IMG/VR virus record: IMGVR_UViG_3300005805_000073
Location: 12,234 to 76,233 of that record
DNA: 64,000 nt
Reading direction: 5' to 3' (one strand)
From: a virus
Lineage: Duplodnaviria > Caudoviricetes
Numbering within the stretch: the first letter of the stretch is position 1; each line of letters opens with the position of its first letter. Both the position numbers and the translations under genes were made by a program. Shown here one piece after another: positions 1-10,304 of the stretch. Under the pieces are notes generated by a model. It did no database searches and was not told the DNA's origin. It was given only the letters and a program-made list of their open reading frames with translations.

Positions 1-1855
1 CAATAGTAATTTCAGATTCAGCTGAATCACTGAATATGATGGAATCTGTCACACCAAATAATGTGACTTCCTTAATAGTTTGTTCATTAGTCAAGATGGA
101 ATCAGCAAACACAGGCTCCACATTTAATGCAACACTATCTACAGTGTCAACTGTGATTACATCCAATACCTTGTTGAAATCATAGACAAATGTTTCTCCA
201 TCCGTATATATTTCTGCAAAGTAATCGGGTGCATAAGATTGTGAAGCATACACAGTATCATCAACAGGTTTTCCAACATTCTTGGCAACACTATCAACAG
301 GTTGAACACCATCAATGAAGTTTTGAACGTAGTATTGTGTGCTTTCAATTGTGATGGGTTCAAAGTTAATGGCATCTTCAACTAACAATTCACCGAATAC
401 AATAAATCCAGCTGGGTGGGCACTATTTTTGTATAGATTATTCCATGTTTCATATGGGGTATTTTTTGTTTGTACCACATATGAATATGGTTGATAATAG
501 TAATTATCTTGTAGCTTATTGATGTCTGATAGGAAACCTGCATTGTTCTTCCAGGCGCCTGGATGTTCATAGATGTAACCTACTTGGAAACGAATGCGTG
601 CTGCTGTGATGTTATAGGTATCAACATTGAAATCCGTATATCCTGTGTCATCATTGGTTTCCATGTATCTGGAATCACCGCTGTATTCTTGGAAATAATC
701 TCCTGTAACCAACGTGGCATATTCATTACCGCGTGGGTTATCAAATACACGGTCAAAGTCCTTATATGTGGTATAATCATTGCTTTCATCATATGCCTCA
801 GCAAAATAATCACCTGTGATATCAAATCTATGTCCAGTTGAAATGAATCGTAATGAGTTGATGATACCACTGAAAGCATCACTTATGGCATATTCTGAGC
901 CTGGAGTCACATAGTCGGTTGCAAAATATTCTTCGGCATCTTTTGATGTTGTTCCTGCCACACGAACTATACCGTTATTATTTTCTTGACCAGGAATAGG
1001 ATATAAAGCTGATTCTGATACTTCAACAGTAAAGGTGTCACGACGACGGAAGTTTTCACCTCCGTACAGCACTTCATATCCTATGAGTTGTTGTGTCAAA
1101 AATCCATATACGTATTCTACGCCATTATCAAATGCTGTCACCCAAACGGTATCATAATATGGCAAGGTAGACAATGCCGTGTTCACATCATCAATACGTG
1201 TGGCTTTTGGAATATCAATTTCAAGTTTATAGATATCTTGATTTGTAATGATTTGACTGGTGTTTACGCAACCAAATTCAAGACTATACAAATTTAATCC
1301 TGTTTCTTCTCGACGATGATACTTCAAATAGATGGTTTTCTCCTTTAGAGAAAATACATCAGATGGTTCAGCTCGTAGTGTAGCTGGTGCTAACGCCAGA
1401 GAACTAGGATCTATCTGTGTGTAGTCAGTATCAATCTTGATGGTTTTCTTTGATTCCCAAATACCATCTGAGGCACGAAGTACATAATCACCTGGGTACT
1501 TAATGGTGACGGTATCATTATACATCATGCGGAAGAATAATTCCGCAGCATTTTCTGTACCCTTGGATTCGTAATATTGATTGATGAACTTAATTAATCT
1601 ACGTTGTTCAACCAAGGCTTCAGGAGAAATATCGTAAGCATATTGCTTACGCATTTCCTCCACAAACAAATCCAATGTTAAGTCAACATCTGTCCACTTG
1701 CTAGAATTTAAAAGAACACCATTAACCTGACGATTTTCGTCAAGAAATGTATAGTACTCTTTTAAAAATGAAGCAAATTTTGGGTATGACTCCCGAAGAT
1801 AATCGGGAATCTGTCCTTCAATAAGATGCTGTAACTTATTTTTTAAAGTAGACAT
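1..1855 (-). CDS. Baseplate wedge subunit, gp7-like (partial, runs off the window edge; not in the ORF track)
   Basis: Hand translation at several points: N-terminus MSTLKNKLQHLIEGQIPDYLRESYPKFASFLKEYY, internal YKNSAHPAGFIVFGEL (HPAG motif of T4-like wedge proteins). ATG at 1855 overlaps the gp6 stop (TAATG). Confidence 0.7.
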   Translation of the reverse strand, partial: MSTLKNKLQHLIEGQIPDYLRESYPKFASFLKEYYTFLDENRQVNGVLLNSSKWTDVDLTLDLFVEEMRKQYAYDISPEALVEQRRLIKFINQYYESKGTENAAELFFRMMYNDTVTIKYPGDYVLRASDGIWESKKTIKIDTDYTQIDPSSLALAPATLRAEPSDVFSLKEKTIYLKYHRREETGLNLYSLEFGCVNTSQIITNQDIYKLEIDIPKATRIDDVNTALSTLPYYDTVWVTAFDNGVEYVYGFLTQQLIGYEVLYGGENFRRRDTFTVEVSESALYPIPGQENNNGIVRVAGTTSKDAEEYFATDYVTPGSEYAISDAFSGIINSLRFISTGHRFDITGDYFAEAYDESNDYTTYKDFDRVFDNPRGNEYATLVTGDYFQEYSGDSRYMETNDDTGYTDFNVDTYNITAARIRFQVGYIYEHPGAWKNNAGFLSDINKLQDNYYYQPYSYVVQTKNTPYETWNNLYKNSAHPAGFIVFGELLVEDAINFEPITIESTQYYVQNFIDGVQPVDSVAKNVGKPVDDTVYASQSYAPDYFAEIYTDGETFVYDFNKVLDVITVDTVDSVALNVEPVFADSILTNEQTIKEVTLFGVTDSIIFSDSAESEITI

Positions 1856-3723
1856 TATCCATCAATAGGTTGAGCAGTTACAGTTAATCCTGAAAGTGTT
1901 CCTATGTTTCTGTTCTGTTCACTATCATCAAGAATAACAACAATGTTTTGTGATGGATAAGGATACACAGCCTGTGACAGTGTAGGTGTGGTGCGTATAA
2001 TTGTAGGAGATAAATTTTTACTTAAATCTTGTGGTAAAGCATTGAAGCGAACATCAGATGTTCCTGAAAGTAACCCTATTATGAATAATTTCGACAATTT
2101 AAACAATCCTGAACCACCATAGTTAATAGTACCGTAGTTCTCATCAATAATGGTACCATCTAATGTATTGATAAGTTTTAATGTACCTGTACCTGTACGT
2201 GATGGTGGGAAGACATCAGGATAATCACGAACATATGCAGTGTATTCAACACCATTCACTTTTGTTATGAAATTTGTACTTGTGAAGGAGTTAGGTTCAA
2301 TGGCAGTTGTAAAATATAAATCTATTGCTTCTTGAACGTTTAAAATAGGAATGATGCGTCGTTGTAAACGTAGGTCAATCAATGTACCTACAATGGCACG
2401 CTGTGATGTTTGAATTCTATTTACTAATTGTGCATAGTAAAAATTTTTATCAAGTGTAGACAATTCACTTGTAAAGTATCTACGAATTTCTCCTGCCACT
2501 AAACTTGCAACCTGTGTGTTACTGTAACGAGTAATTTTCTTATCATAAGTTACCTTTACATTCATACCTACATGAAGGTACACAGGATCAACAAATTCAT
2601 GTTGCAATGAAAGTACACTTCGTGGACGAATAACATTATTTAATAGATAATTTTTATCTGAATCTGTGACAATATAATCATCGTTAGGATCAATAGAAAT
2701 GAATACTTTGCCATAAATTGGTGGAACATTTTGTTCTCCGCCCCACACGGCAACTGATTTTGCCTTGTCAAAGTTTGACATAATCAATGACTTATAATCA
2801 TCCACAGTCACAGCTCTGCCACGTGTGGCATTATACCGAGGGGCATTGAAACGAATACTGTCAATGTTTTCTCTGTCAGATCCTCCTGAAGCAGCATATA
2901 CCAAAGAGGTAACTAAAGTACCCCCTAAAGAGAACTGAGCAGAAAATGACGCGGCACCATTTGAAAGAGCGCCTTTCGATGCAACATATGTTATGTTAAT
3001 AATGTTACCTACGGTTAAACTTTTTCCAATGACGTTATCACCGAAAAATAGTTTGTAATATCCATCTGTACCTTCTTCTACCCAGTAAACTTTATCAGTT
3101 GGAGTTACATCAATAACCGTTTCAGAACGCTTCCAAGAAGATGTTGTTAAGTCTGAGGTACTATTTTGTACTACAACATCTAAAGTTGATAGGTCGATGT
3201 TGTTATTTCGAATGGTAATAGGACCTGTAATTTGGTCTGATGCTATAGTTTGTTCTTGTGTGATGACAGCACCTTCACATAAGTCCACATTGGTAAACGT
3301 GAAAGTACCTGCCACCTTATTAGCAGAATGTTCGTCTAAAGAAATGAAACTATAAGATTGATTATTTACTGTGGTGTTAAATTTTGAATATTTAGGAATC
3401 GTTAAAGGACCTGCAGCAGAACTAGTCACAACAACATTGACCCGAGCTCGTGCAGATATAACAGAACGAGGAGTGTATCCTAATGTTTTTGCAATTGATA
3501 CAACGGATGAACGTTTAATAGCAGTATCAATGAACATTTCATTGGCTTGTAAATGTGCCAATAATGCATTGTAATGTGTATTATATGCCAACACATCTAA
3601 TAGATTATTGATACCAGAACCTTCAAAATTATAATCTGAAAATTGTTCAGATGCTCCAAGATAATTTTTTAAATTATCTTTAATTTGTGAAAATTCTAGT
3701 TCGGTAATTCGTAGTTCTGCCAT
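1855..3723 (-). CDS. gp6: Baseplate wedge subunit gp6
   Basis: LRITELEFSQIKDNL..DYNFEGSG..LAYNTHY, RAVTVDDY and VAVWGGEQNVPPIYGKVFISI motifs; synteny with gp25. Confidence 0.93.
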   Translation of the reverse strand: MAELRITELEFSQIKDNLKNYLGASEQFSDYNFEGSGINNLLDVLAYNTHYNALLAHLQANEMFIDTAIKRSSVVSIAKTLGYTPRSVISARARVNVVVTSSAAGPLTIPKYSKFNTTVNNQSYSFISLDEHSANKVAGTFTFTNVDLCEGAVITQEQTIASDQITGPITIRNNNIDLSTLDVVVQNSTSDLTTSSWKRSETVIDVTPTDKVYWVEEGTDGYYKLFFGDNVIGKSLTVGNIINITYVASKGALSNGAASFSAQFSLGGTLVTSLVYAASGGSDRENIDSIRFNAPRYNATRGRAVTVDDYKSLIMSNFDKAKSVAVWGGEQNVPPIYGKVFISIDPNDDYIVTDSDKNYLLNNVIRPRSVLSLQHEFVDPVYLHVGMNVKVTYDKKITRYSNTQVASLVAGEIRRYFTSELSTLDKNFYYAQLVNRIQTSQRAIVGTLIDLRLQRRIIPILNVQEAIDLYFTTAIEPNSFTSTNFITKVNGVEYTAYVRDYPDVFPPSRTGTGTLKLINTLDGTIIDENYGTINYGGSGLFKLSKLFIIGLLSGTSDVRFNALPQDLSKNLSPTIIRTTPTLSQAVYPYPSQNIVVILDDSEQNRNIGTLSGLTVTAQPIDG

Positions 3724-4112
3724 TAGCGAAGTCTCTGTAAGGTTAAGTTAAATGTAACAGGTTCTAAAATTCCTACGACATAGAAATAAAGAATGACATC
3801 ATACGAATTGCTATCATACTGAGGATTGATTTCAACATCCTGAAGGGTAACTCGAGGTTCGTATTTCTTGATAACTTCTTTGATAATGTCTCTCATCAAA
3901 TCAACTGTGAGAAAATCCATAGGTTCAAACAATACTTTATGTAGGTCTGAACCTATTTCTGGACGAAATGGTTTTTCTCCCTTGCGTATGAACAAGAGAT
4001 TTTTCAACGATTGTTTCACAGCATTGACATCCACACGCTTTGCAACATCCTTCGTTGCTGTTTGTCCAAATGTCAAGTCTAAATCTAAATAGAGGCGATT
4101 TGGTTTGGTCAT
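3723..4112 (-). CDS. gp25: Baseplate wedge subunit gp25
   Basis: YLDLDLTF..AVKQSLKNLLF..KGEKPFRPEIGS..YEPRV motif. Confidence 0.93.
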   Translation of the reverse strand: MTKPNRLYLDLDLTFGQTATKDVAKRVDVNAVKQSLKNLLFIRKGEKPFRPEIGSDLHKVLFEPMDFLTVDLMRDIIKEVIKKYEPRVTLQDVEINPQYDSNSYDVILYFYVVGILEPVTFNLTLQRLR

Positions 4113-4117
4113 GACAT

Positions 4118-4125
4118 TATTTATA
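4118..4125 (-). promoter_or_regulatory. T4-type late promoter TATAAATA upstream of gp25
   Basis: Exact TATAAATA on the minus strand a few nt before the gp25 ATG. Confidence 0.75.
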
Positions 4126-4129
4126 TGGT

Positions 4130-7100
4130 TTATAACTTATTCTGTGTCGCCACATATTTCAAAGCACCCCAGTGGTCAATGTTTCGAGGTGTTTCTGAGG
4201 CCCCAGCAATACCTCGTCCACGTTCCGCAGAAGGTCCTACTGTGACGTTTCGTGCAGGAACTCCGCGTTGTATTGCACTCTCTACAATGGTTTTTACACG
4301 TGCAGATGCGGCGTATGGTTCAATAATATACACTTTATTCTTATCTGCCAAGTTTTCAGTTGCAACTAAATCATATGATTTGGCGCATCCTGCACTGAAG
4401 CAGAAGATTGGAATCTTGGGATTTTGACGCATAAATGTGATGATTTCTACAGTTGGGGTATTGTATCTGAATCCCTTCACTTTGGCATTTACACCAAATC
4501 CTGTCTTGAACAACTTCACTTGTGCTTCTAAATCAAGGTCTCCTGGTCTGTTATCCAATCCTGCAACAAGGATGGCATCCCATTCCGACTTATTTTCAGC
4601 TGCCGGTTCTTCTGTTGCTGGGGCGGCGGCAGGAAGGAGATTCACAAGATTCTTAGGATCATGCACAGTAGCACCCTTCATGGTCAATGTTTCCATACGA
4701 ATTTTTGAACCTTCACGTCCTCCTTCTAACTTCACACCTTGTTGTTGCCATTGAATATGAACCCAAGGTTTATATGTTGTTTGTCCGTTCACTTCACCCA
4801 ATTGATATTCCAAATGTAGCCGGTCATATTGCAATGCCTGTTTCAATTGTACAGCAACATCATAATATTCTGAGAATTGTTTATTTGGGAATGTGATGTC
4901 AATTGCCAATCCTAATTCATGAAATGATGCTACAGTTGGTGTGTTCAATGCACCTGTTACAACAGATGAATTCTGTAATCCGATTATGATATTGACATTG
5001 TTCTTACCCAGTTTTTCAAACAAGGGTTCAATCACATTAGTAGCCAATTGTTTCATGTTACAAACAATATCTTCTTCTTTCAACCCATGTTGTGCACGAA
5101 GTGTGGCGCCAGTCAACAACATACCCAGTGTAACGTTAGGAGATAAATCCAGGGTTGTTGGGAATGTTGTAACACCATTCAATGTTTCACAAGATGCCAC
5201 CTTAGGTGGTTCAGCAGCAGGTGCGGGTGTCTCATCACGCGCACCTTCAGTGAGAGGCCTATTTAAATCTTCAGATGTTACCACACCTTCATTGACTGCC
5301 TTTGATTTCACTGCATTAATGGCATCACGATTTTGGTCAGGATTTTCTGCCAAAGATGATAATGTAGATGACATTTTATCTACACGACCTTCTAATGTTA
5401 ACGGAGGTAACACAGGTTCTTGAGGAGATTTCAATCCTACAGGATCTCCCACATTAGCACCCCCTGCTGTTTGTGCTCGATTTGCCTGTGCCAAAGCCGC
5501 TGCGGCACCACCTGGTTGAGGTAGTAAACCTAATCCTGTGCCATTCACCACAACTGTTCCTGCCCCTGCTAAAAGTAATGCTTGCCCTGCAGGAGAAGCT
5601 AGGGATGCTTTCTTTTCTCCTGAGAGGCGAAGTACGCCATTTGCTTTAATGTTAACATTATCTCCCGTCATGCTTGCTGTTTGTGCTGACTTGATGTTAA
5701 TATTTCTTTGCGCTGTGGCATTAATGAATTCTTTAGCTTTGAAATTTATACTTCCTCCAGCCGTGACATTGAAATCTTTTGCCACACTGAAGTTTACAGA
5801 TTTATGGACATCAGCGTTTAGATTACCATCAACTTGTAAGTTACAATCTGTTTTAACATAGATGTTACAGTTTCCTTCCACAGTAATATTTGCACGACCT
5901 CCAATGTAAATATTACCATGACGTTCATAAATTTCATATCCATCACCTACAATTTTACGAATCATGCTACCATTACGGTCAATTTCCATGAAGGTACCTT
6001 CACGATGATACCAATGTAAACGTTCATTGTTTGGTGTATCATCTTCCTCAATAACGTGTCCTGATTCTGATTCTCTTACATGATTATATGGATATCGTGC
6101 ATTATAAGGTGAACGAGGTTGGTCCCAAGCAGGTTCTCCTCGTGCAACAGGAATTTTTGTGATACGTTCCTTGTCTTTTGCTCCTACAATGGTATCTTGA
6201 ATTTTTTGATTTCGTGCTAAACGATTTGTATCAGGTTCTCCAATACGATTTACACGAGGATATACTCTATTAGGGTCATAAAATCCTTGATTGTCGGGAA
6301 CTTCACGTAATGCAGCATTGGTAGGTTGTGCTTCAACATTAGTAAAATCACCATATCTACGTGTTGTGTTCGGACCGCCGGATGTAGCAGGAGGCTCAGG
6401 ATCAGGTACGGATTCTGCTGCTTTATCAATGTCAGCTGCAGACAAAACAGATTCTCCTGCTGCCGCCTTTTCTGCAATACCAACAGCAGGACCTTCAATG
6501 ACAACAAGACCTGTTCCTTCTACGGTTTCACCTAAATCTGTAGTTTCGGTTGTATCTTTAATTTCTCGTTCAGCAATTTTGCTTGCAATGGCTTTAAATC
6601 CACGTTTAAAGATATCTTGTACTTTTCGTCCTATGATACTAGCAAACTGTCCGCCTAAACCAAATGCACGCGCAGCTCTTTCACCTACTAAACGAGCTGC
6701 CAACATATGTCCTAAAATTTGTGCCTTGTTAGTAATAGCATTTTGTAGGAAGTAGGCAAATGTTGTTTTCCATTGACGAAGTGCATGACGATACATCAAC
6801 AATCGTTGAATTTTTTGTAAGGTTAGAAAATTCTTAGGACCAATAAGTTTTTCTAACCAATATTGTCTATTTGCCAATACATACCAACTTAATGATGAAC
6901 GTAGTACATATGGGATATTTCCATAAATGGCGGCTGTGATGACACCTGCCAATACAGCTTGATAGGCATAATCTTCACGTTCATTAGAAGGTATGGCTTG
7001 CCATGAGGTTACAGCAGTTTGACTTACAACACCTATTTCCACAAGGTCTGAAACTGTTAAACCATATAACCCTATTTTTCCATTTTCATCTACTGTATCA

Positions 7101-7750
7101 AGACCATGAGGTATACCCTGTGCCTCACGTTCTCTCCGAATTTCATCCTCAAGAAGTATGGCAAATATTTCCACCTCGTCAGGATTTAACGGTCCAATGT
7201 GTCCTTCAGGACTCTTTTCAGGTGCAAGAACTCTTTTATTTGGAGTAGGTGCTTCAATTAATGACCCTTCTCTATCAAGAACGATGTTGCCTTCAGCGGT
7301 AGTTAATAAGGTTAGTTCCTGAGCCGGGATATCTTCAAAATTTTCATATTGCGCAGCAGCACTTAAATCATCGGGAGTAATAAGAAAAGGATTTGTTGAA
7401 TTAGAAGTTTCTAATAATTGAGGTAAGGCTGATAATGCATTAATAGTATTTGTAGCTGAGTCAAGGGATTTTTTAACAGCAGAAGATGTTTGTGCAACAG
7501 TATTTAATAATGGATCTGTTGTACCATCAGCATTGACATCACCTACTAATCCTCGAGCCTCGGCAATTTCTTGAACAATTTGATTGACAATAGCAGGTGT
7601 TAGAAACGCTAACGTACTAAAAGAACCCTCATTATCAATAATATTTTTTAAGGTAGGGGATATAGTCATCAAGGTTTCAATACTATAATCTCCTTCCTTA
7701 GGAAATTGTCTTTGTATTTCATTAATAATAACTCGTTTTGTCGATGCCAT
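4130..7750 (-). CDS. gp5: gp5 C-terminal part: degenerate lysozyme-like region, gp5 beta-helix/needle region, M15-type peptidase domain and C-terminal hydrolase-like domain
   Basis: YPYNHVRESESGHVIEEDDTPNNERLHWYHREGTFMEI and the beta-helix repeats are gp5 hallmarks; SFHELGLAIDI resembles the M15 SxHxxGxAxD motif. Confidence 0.85.
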   Translation of the reverse strand: MASTKRVIINEIQRQFPKEGDYSIETLMTISPTLKNIIDNEGSFSTLAFLTPAIVNQIVQEIAEARGLVGDVNADGTTDPLLNTVAQTSSAVKKSLDSATNTINALSALPQLLETSNSTNPFLITPDDLSAAAQYENFEDIPAQELTLLTTAEGNIVLDREGSLIEAPTPNKRVLAPEKSPEGHIGPLNPDEVEIFAILLEDEIRREREAQGIPHGLDTVDENGKIGLYGLTVSDLVEIGVVSQTAVTSWQAIPSNEREDYAYQAVLAGVITAAIYGNIPYVLRSSLSWYVLANRQYWLEKLIGPKNFLTLQKIQRLLMYRHALRQWKTTFAYFLQNAITNKAQILGHMLAARLVGERAARAFGLGGQFASIIGRKVQDIFKRGFKAIASKIAEREIKDTTETTDLGETVEGTGLVVIEGPAVGIAEKAAAGESVLSAADIDKAAESVPDPEPPATSGGPNTTRRYGDFTNVEAQPTNAALREVPDNQGFYDPNRVYPRVNRIGEPDTNRLARNQKIQDTIVGAKDKERITKIPVARGEPAWDQPRSPYNARYPYNHVRESESGHVIEEDDTPNNERLHWYHREGTFMEIDRNGSMIRKIVGDGYEIYERHGNIYIGGRANITVEGNCNIYVKTDCNLQVDGNLNADVHKSVNFSVAKDFNVTAGGSINFKAKEFINATAQRNINIKSAQTASMTGDNVNIKANGVLRLSGEKKASLASPAGQALLLAGAGTVVVNGTGLGLLPQPGGAAAALAQANRAQTAGGANVGDPVGLKSPQEPVLPPLTLEGRVDKMSSTLSSLAENPDQNRDAINAVKSKAVNEGVVTSEDLNRPLTEGARDETPAPAAEPPKVASCETLNGVTTFPTTLDLSPNVTLGMLLTGATLRAQHGLKEEDIVCNMKQLATNVIEPLFEKLGKNNVNIIIGLQNSSVVTGALNTPTVASFHELGLAIDITFPNKQFSEYYDVAVQLKQALQYDRLHLEYQLGEVNGQTTYKPWVHIQWQQQGVKLEGGREGSKIRMETLTMKGATVHDPKNLVNLLPAAAPATEEPAAENKSEWDAILVAGLDNRPGDLDLEAQVKLFKTGFGVNAKVKGFRYNTPTVEIITFMRQNPKIPIFCFSAGCAKSYDLVATENLADKNKVYIIEPYAASARVKTIVESAIQRGVPARNVTVGPSAERGRGIAGASETPRNIDHWGALKYVATQNKL

Positions 7751-7753
7751 AAT

Positions 7754-8902
7754 TTATCCTGCTGCAGGTGGAATGGGTTGCTTCAATGGAATAGTTGTAT
7801 ATTCCCAGTGCCATGATTCTTTAGGAATGTTTTTAAATCCATATGTTGCTGCATTTTGATTAAGCCATTTAAATGTCACAGAACCATATCCACAATTTGT
7901 AACGTCAATACCAAGACCCCAACCGTGATTTGATGTTCCCGGTGTTCCGCCCAGACCCATACTTTGTGTTCTGCCTTCTGTTGAATCAGGAGGATTTTTA
8001 TCATACCATCCTTTTCTCTTAATCAAATCAATGGAAACTTCAATTCGACGATACGAATCTGTGATTTTTAATGTTTGACCTGTATCTGCCTTAAACTGTA
8101 CTGCCATTCTATCAAAAGCCTCTGCTGCATCTTTATATAAACGATGTCCAGGAGCTTGTGCTAATGGTGTAAGAGCATTAGGTGAAATTCTTCCGTTACG
8201 ATATCCTGCATTGTACAACGCAGCTGAATTGGCTGAACTACCAATAGAATCTTTCTTGATAGGTACACGAATAAGTTCGCCTGCTGTCCAACCTCTTTCT
8301 GGATTAGTTAATCTTCCATTATATTCAACATACCCATCAACCGTACCAGGAGACACTGCTGCACGAACAGCAGCTTCTGCAACAGTAGCGGCACCTGACA
8401 CGGCTTGTACAACAGCTCGACCTGCGCTGGTTATTGCCTCAGCTAATCTACTACGTGTTGATTCACGTTCTTTTTTCACAGCATCAGCTGATGGATAGGG
8501 TTTAGCCAGTGCAGATAATCCTTTAGATGGGAAAGTAAGTGTTCTTAATAAAGCTTCGGCAAGCTTAGATAAAATCTCAAGGATTGAAATTGATTCAGCA
8601 CGTCCTGGAAATGTACCCATCATTACAGGTAATTGAGCTTCATCACCATCAAGAAAGAATCCCATGATCCATGTACCTTCAACTGGACCTATAGGCGCAC
8701 TACCTGTCCCTGACACTGAGGCTGAGGTGATAGGCATAATAGGAATAGCCCAAGGTAAATCTTTTGTGGGTAAAATTGTTTTATCAGGATTGTGATATCC
8801 CACAATTCTGACTCGACATCTTCCTAACATTTCTGGGTCATTTCTATCTTCAACTACAGCCATGAACCAATGAAATCCCCCATTACTATACATATTAGAC
8901 AT
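7754..8902 (-). CDS. gp5: gp5 N-terminal OB-fold domain fused to a VanY/M15B D-Ala-D-Ala carboxypeptidase-like domain
   Basis: WFMAVVEDRNDPEMLGRCRVRI..DLPWA..GTWIMGFFLDG (Gp5 OB fold); DSYR..PGTSNHGWGLGIDV..ESWHWEY (M15B). Confidence 0.88.
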   Translation of the reverse strand: MSNMYSNGGFHWFMAVVEDRNDPEMLGRCRVRIVGYHNPDKTILPTKDLPWAIPIMPITSASVSGTGSAPIGPVEGTWIMGFFLDGDEAQLPVMMGTFPGRAESISILEILSKLAEALLRTLTFPSKGLSALAKPYPSADAVKKERESTRSRLAEAITSAGRAVVQAVSGAATVAEAAVRAAVSPGTVDGYVEYNGRLTNPERGWTAGELIRVPIKKDSIGSSANSAALYNAGYRNGRISPNALTPLAQAPGHRLYKDAAEAFDRMAVQFKADTGQTLKITDSYRRIEVSIDLIKRKGWYDKNPPDSTEGRTQSMGLGGTPGTSNHGWGLGIDVTNCGYGSVTFKWLNQNAATYGFKNIPKESWHWEYTTIPLKQPIPPAAG

Positions 8903-10302
8903 TATCCCAAACCCTTGGCATAAGATTCCTTAATCAATTCTAACTTCATTGTATATTTGCTAGGCGTGATGATATGCCGAACAGCAGTCACTAAATAACT
9001 ACCTGACATATAATTATCCACAAGATTATCAATATTTTCATCTGCACCTTTCTCACCCATATGCGGATAATAGAATTGAACAACTTCTCCTGCTTGTGTA
9101 CTTGTTAATCCAGGAATAGTTATTTCTACTCTAATGTTACTTATATCATTCAACAAACTTGTTCGCTGAAGGACCCAATCTTCGTGTTTTGGTTCTTCGT
9201 AATCATCAAATATTTTTTTATGTTTAGGACGAAATACTTGATAGGACATCACATTTCGAATTTGTTCTGAAGGAAATGTAGGTGCTTCACGATCCATTAA
9301 ATGTTCATACTTAGAAAAATTACTTGGAAAATCCCAAATGAATTCTTTAAATCGTTTGGTCACTACATCAAATTCATATAAAATAGACGCATAGTGCCCG
9401 TGTTCTTGACTTCGGAGCACATCAAAATTTCTAGGTACATCAACTTTTTCTACTTTCTTATATCCTTCAGATAATGTATTTTTTGTTTTATCCTTTTCAG
9501 AAATTTTCTTAATCATGGAATCGTCAAAACCATAAAAATACATTTTTCTGTTTGTTACATCTTCTTGAGCTTTGAAGATGCTATCAATGCTTGCAAAATA
9601 AAATTGTTGAGATGTTTCCCAAAACAATGTATTAGGTGCTTCACTATCTGTATCAATATGTCGATTTGCCAACCAGTTAATACATTTCATGGGACTCCAC
9701 ATAGGCGCCACCCATACAACCTTATTTTTTGAATCTACCCCTGGCTTCAATGCTAAATTTGTTCGTAACTTCGACGGCATACCTTCTTTCCAATCAGGGA
9801 TGGTCAATGTTTCACCTGCAGATAATCCATTAGGTACAGGATAATCTTTTTCCCATACTCTAGGCATTGACAAATACTTGTCAAAAATTTCTTTGGCAAT
9901 TTCATGAGTTTTGCCATTAAATTTCTTCGACACATAGGTAACAGTGTCAACTGCACCCTCCATAGAAATCAACGACATCATATACATCTGCTGACGGTCT
10001 GTGCTTACAGGACTTCTATCTCGCACAGCATAGACATAAAATGCCTTGGCAAAAACATCAGTATCTTCAAACCCCGGTACCACATAGCGAATGTTCATCA
10101 CTTCGCCGCCTGTTAATGGGATAGTACCTATCAAATTAGCGCCATCAGATACCACCACAGTAGCCGACAAGGTGTTTGAAAAAATATCTTCATAGATAGA
10201 TAGTTCCACAATAAATTCTGTGAAGTCATATTCTTGTCCACCCTTAAACAACTTCACTTCAGTTATATTAATGGACCCAGGTTTTATAGGGATTTCAGCC
10301 AT
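8902..10302 (-). CDS. Baseplate hub protein, gp27-like
   Basis: ELSIYEDIFSNTLSATVVVSDG, FWETSQQFYFASIDS and GSYLVTAVRHII; position between gp53 and gp5. Confidence 0.65.
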   Translation of the reverse strand: MAEIPIKPGSINITEVKLFKGGQEYDFTEFIVELSIYEDIFSNTLSATVVVSDGANLIGTIPLTGGEVMNIRYVVPGFEDTDVFAKAFYVYAVRDRSPVSTDRQQMYMMSLISMEGAVDTVTYVSKKFNGKTHEIAKEIFDKYLSMPRVWEKDYPVPNGLSAGETLTIPDWKEGMPSKLRTNLALKPGVDSKNKVVWVAPMWSPMKCINWLANRHIDTDSEAPNTLFWETSQQFYFASIDSIFKAQEDVTNRKMYFYGFDDSMIKKISEKDKTKNTLSEGYKKVEKVDVPRNFDVLRSQEHGHYASILYEFDVVTKRFKEFIWDFPSNFSKYEHLMDREAPTFPSEQIRNVMSYQVFRPKHKKIFDDYEEPKHEDWVLQRTSLLNDISNIRVEITIPGLTSTQAGEVVQFYYPHMGEKGADENIDNLVDNYMSGSYLVTAVRHIITPSKYTMKLELIKESYAKGLG

Positions 10303-10304
10303 GA

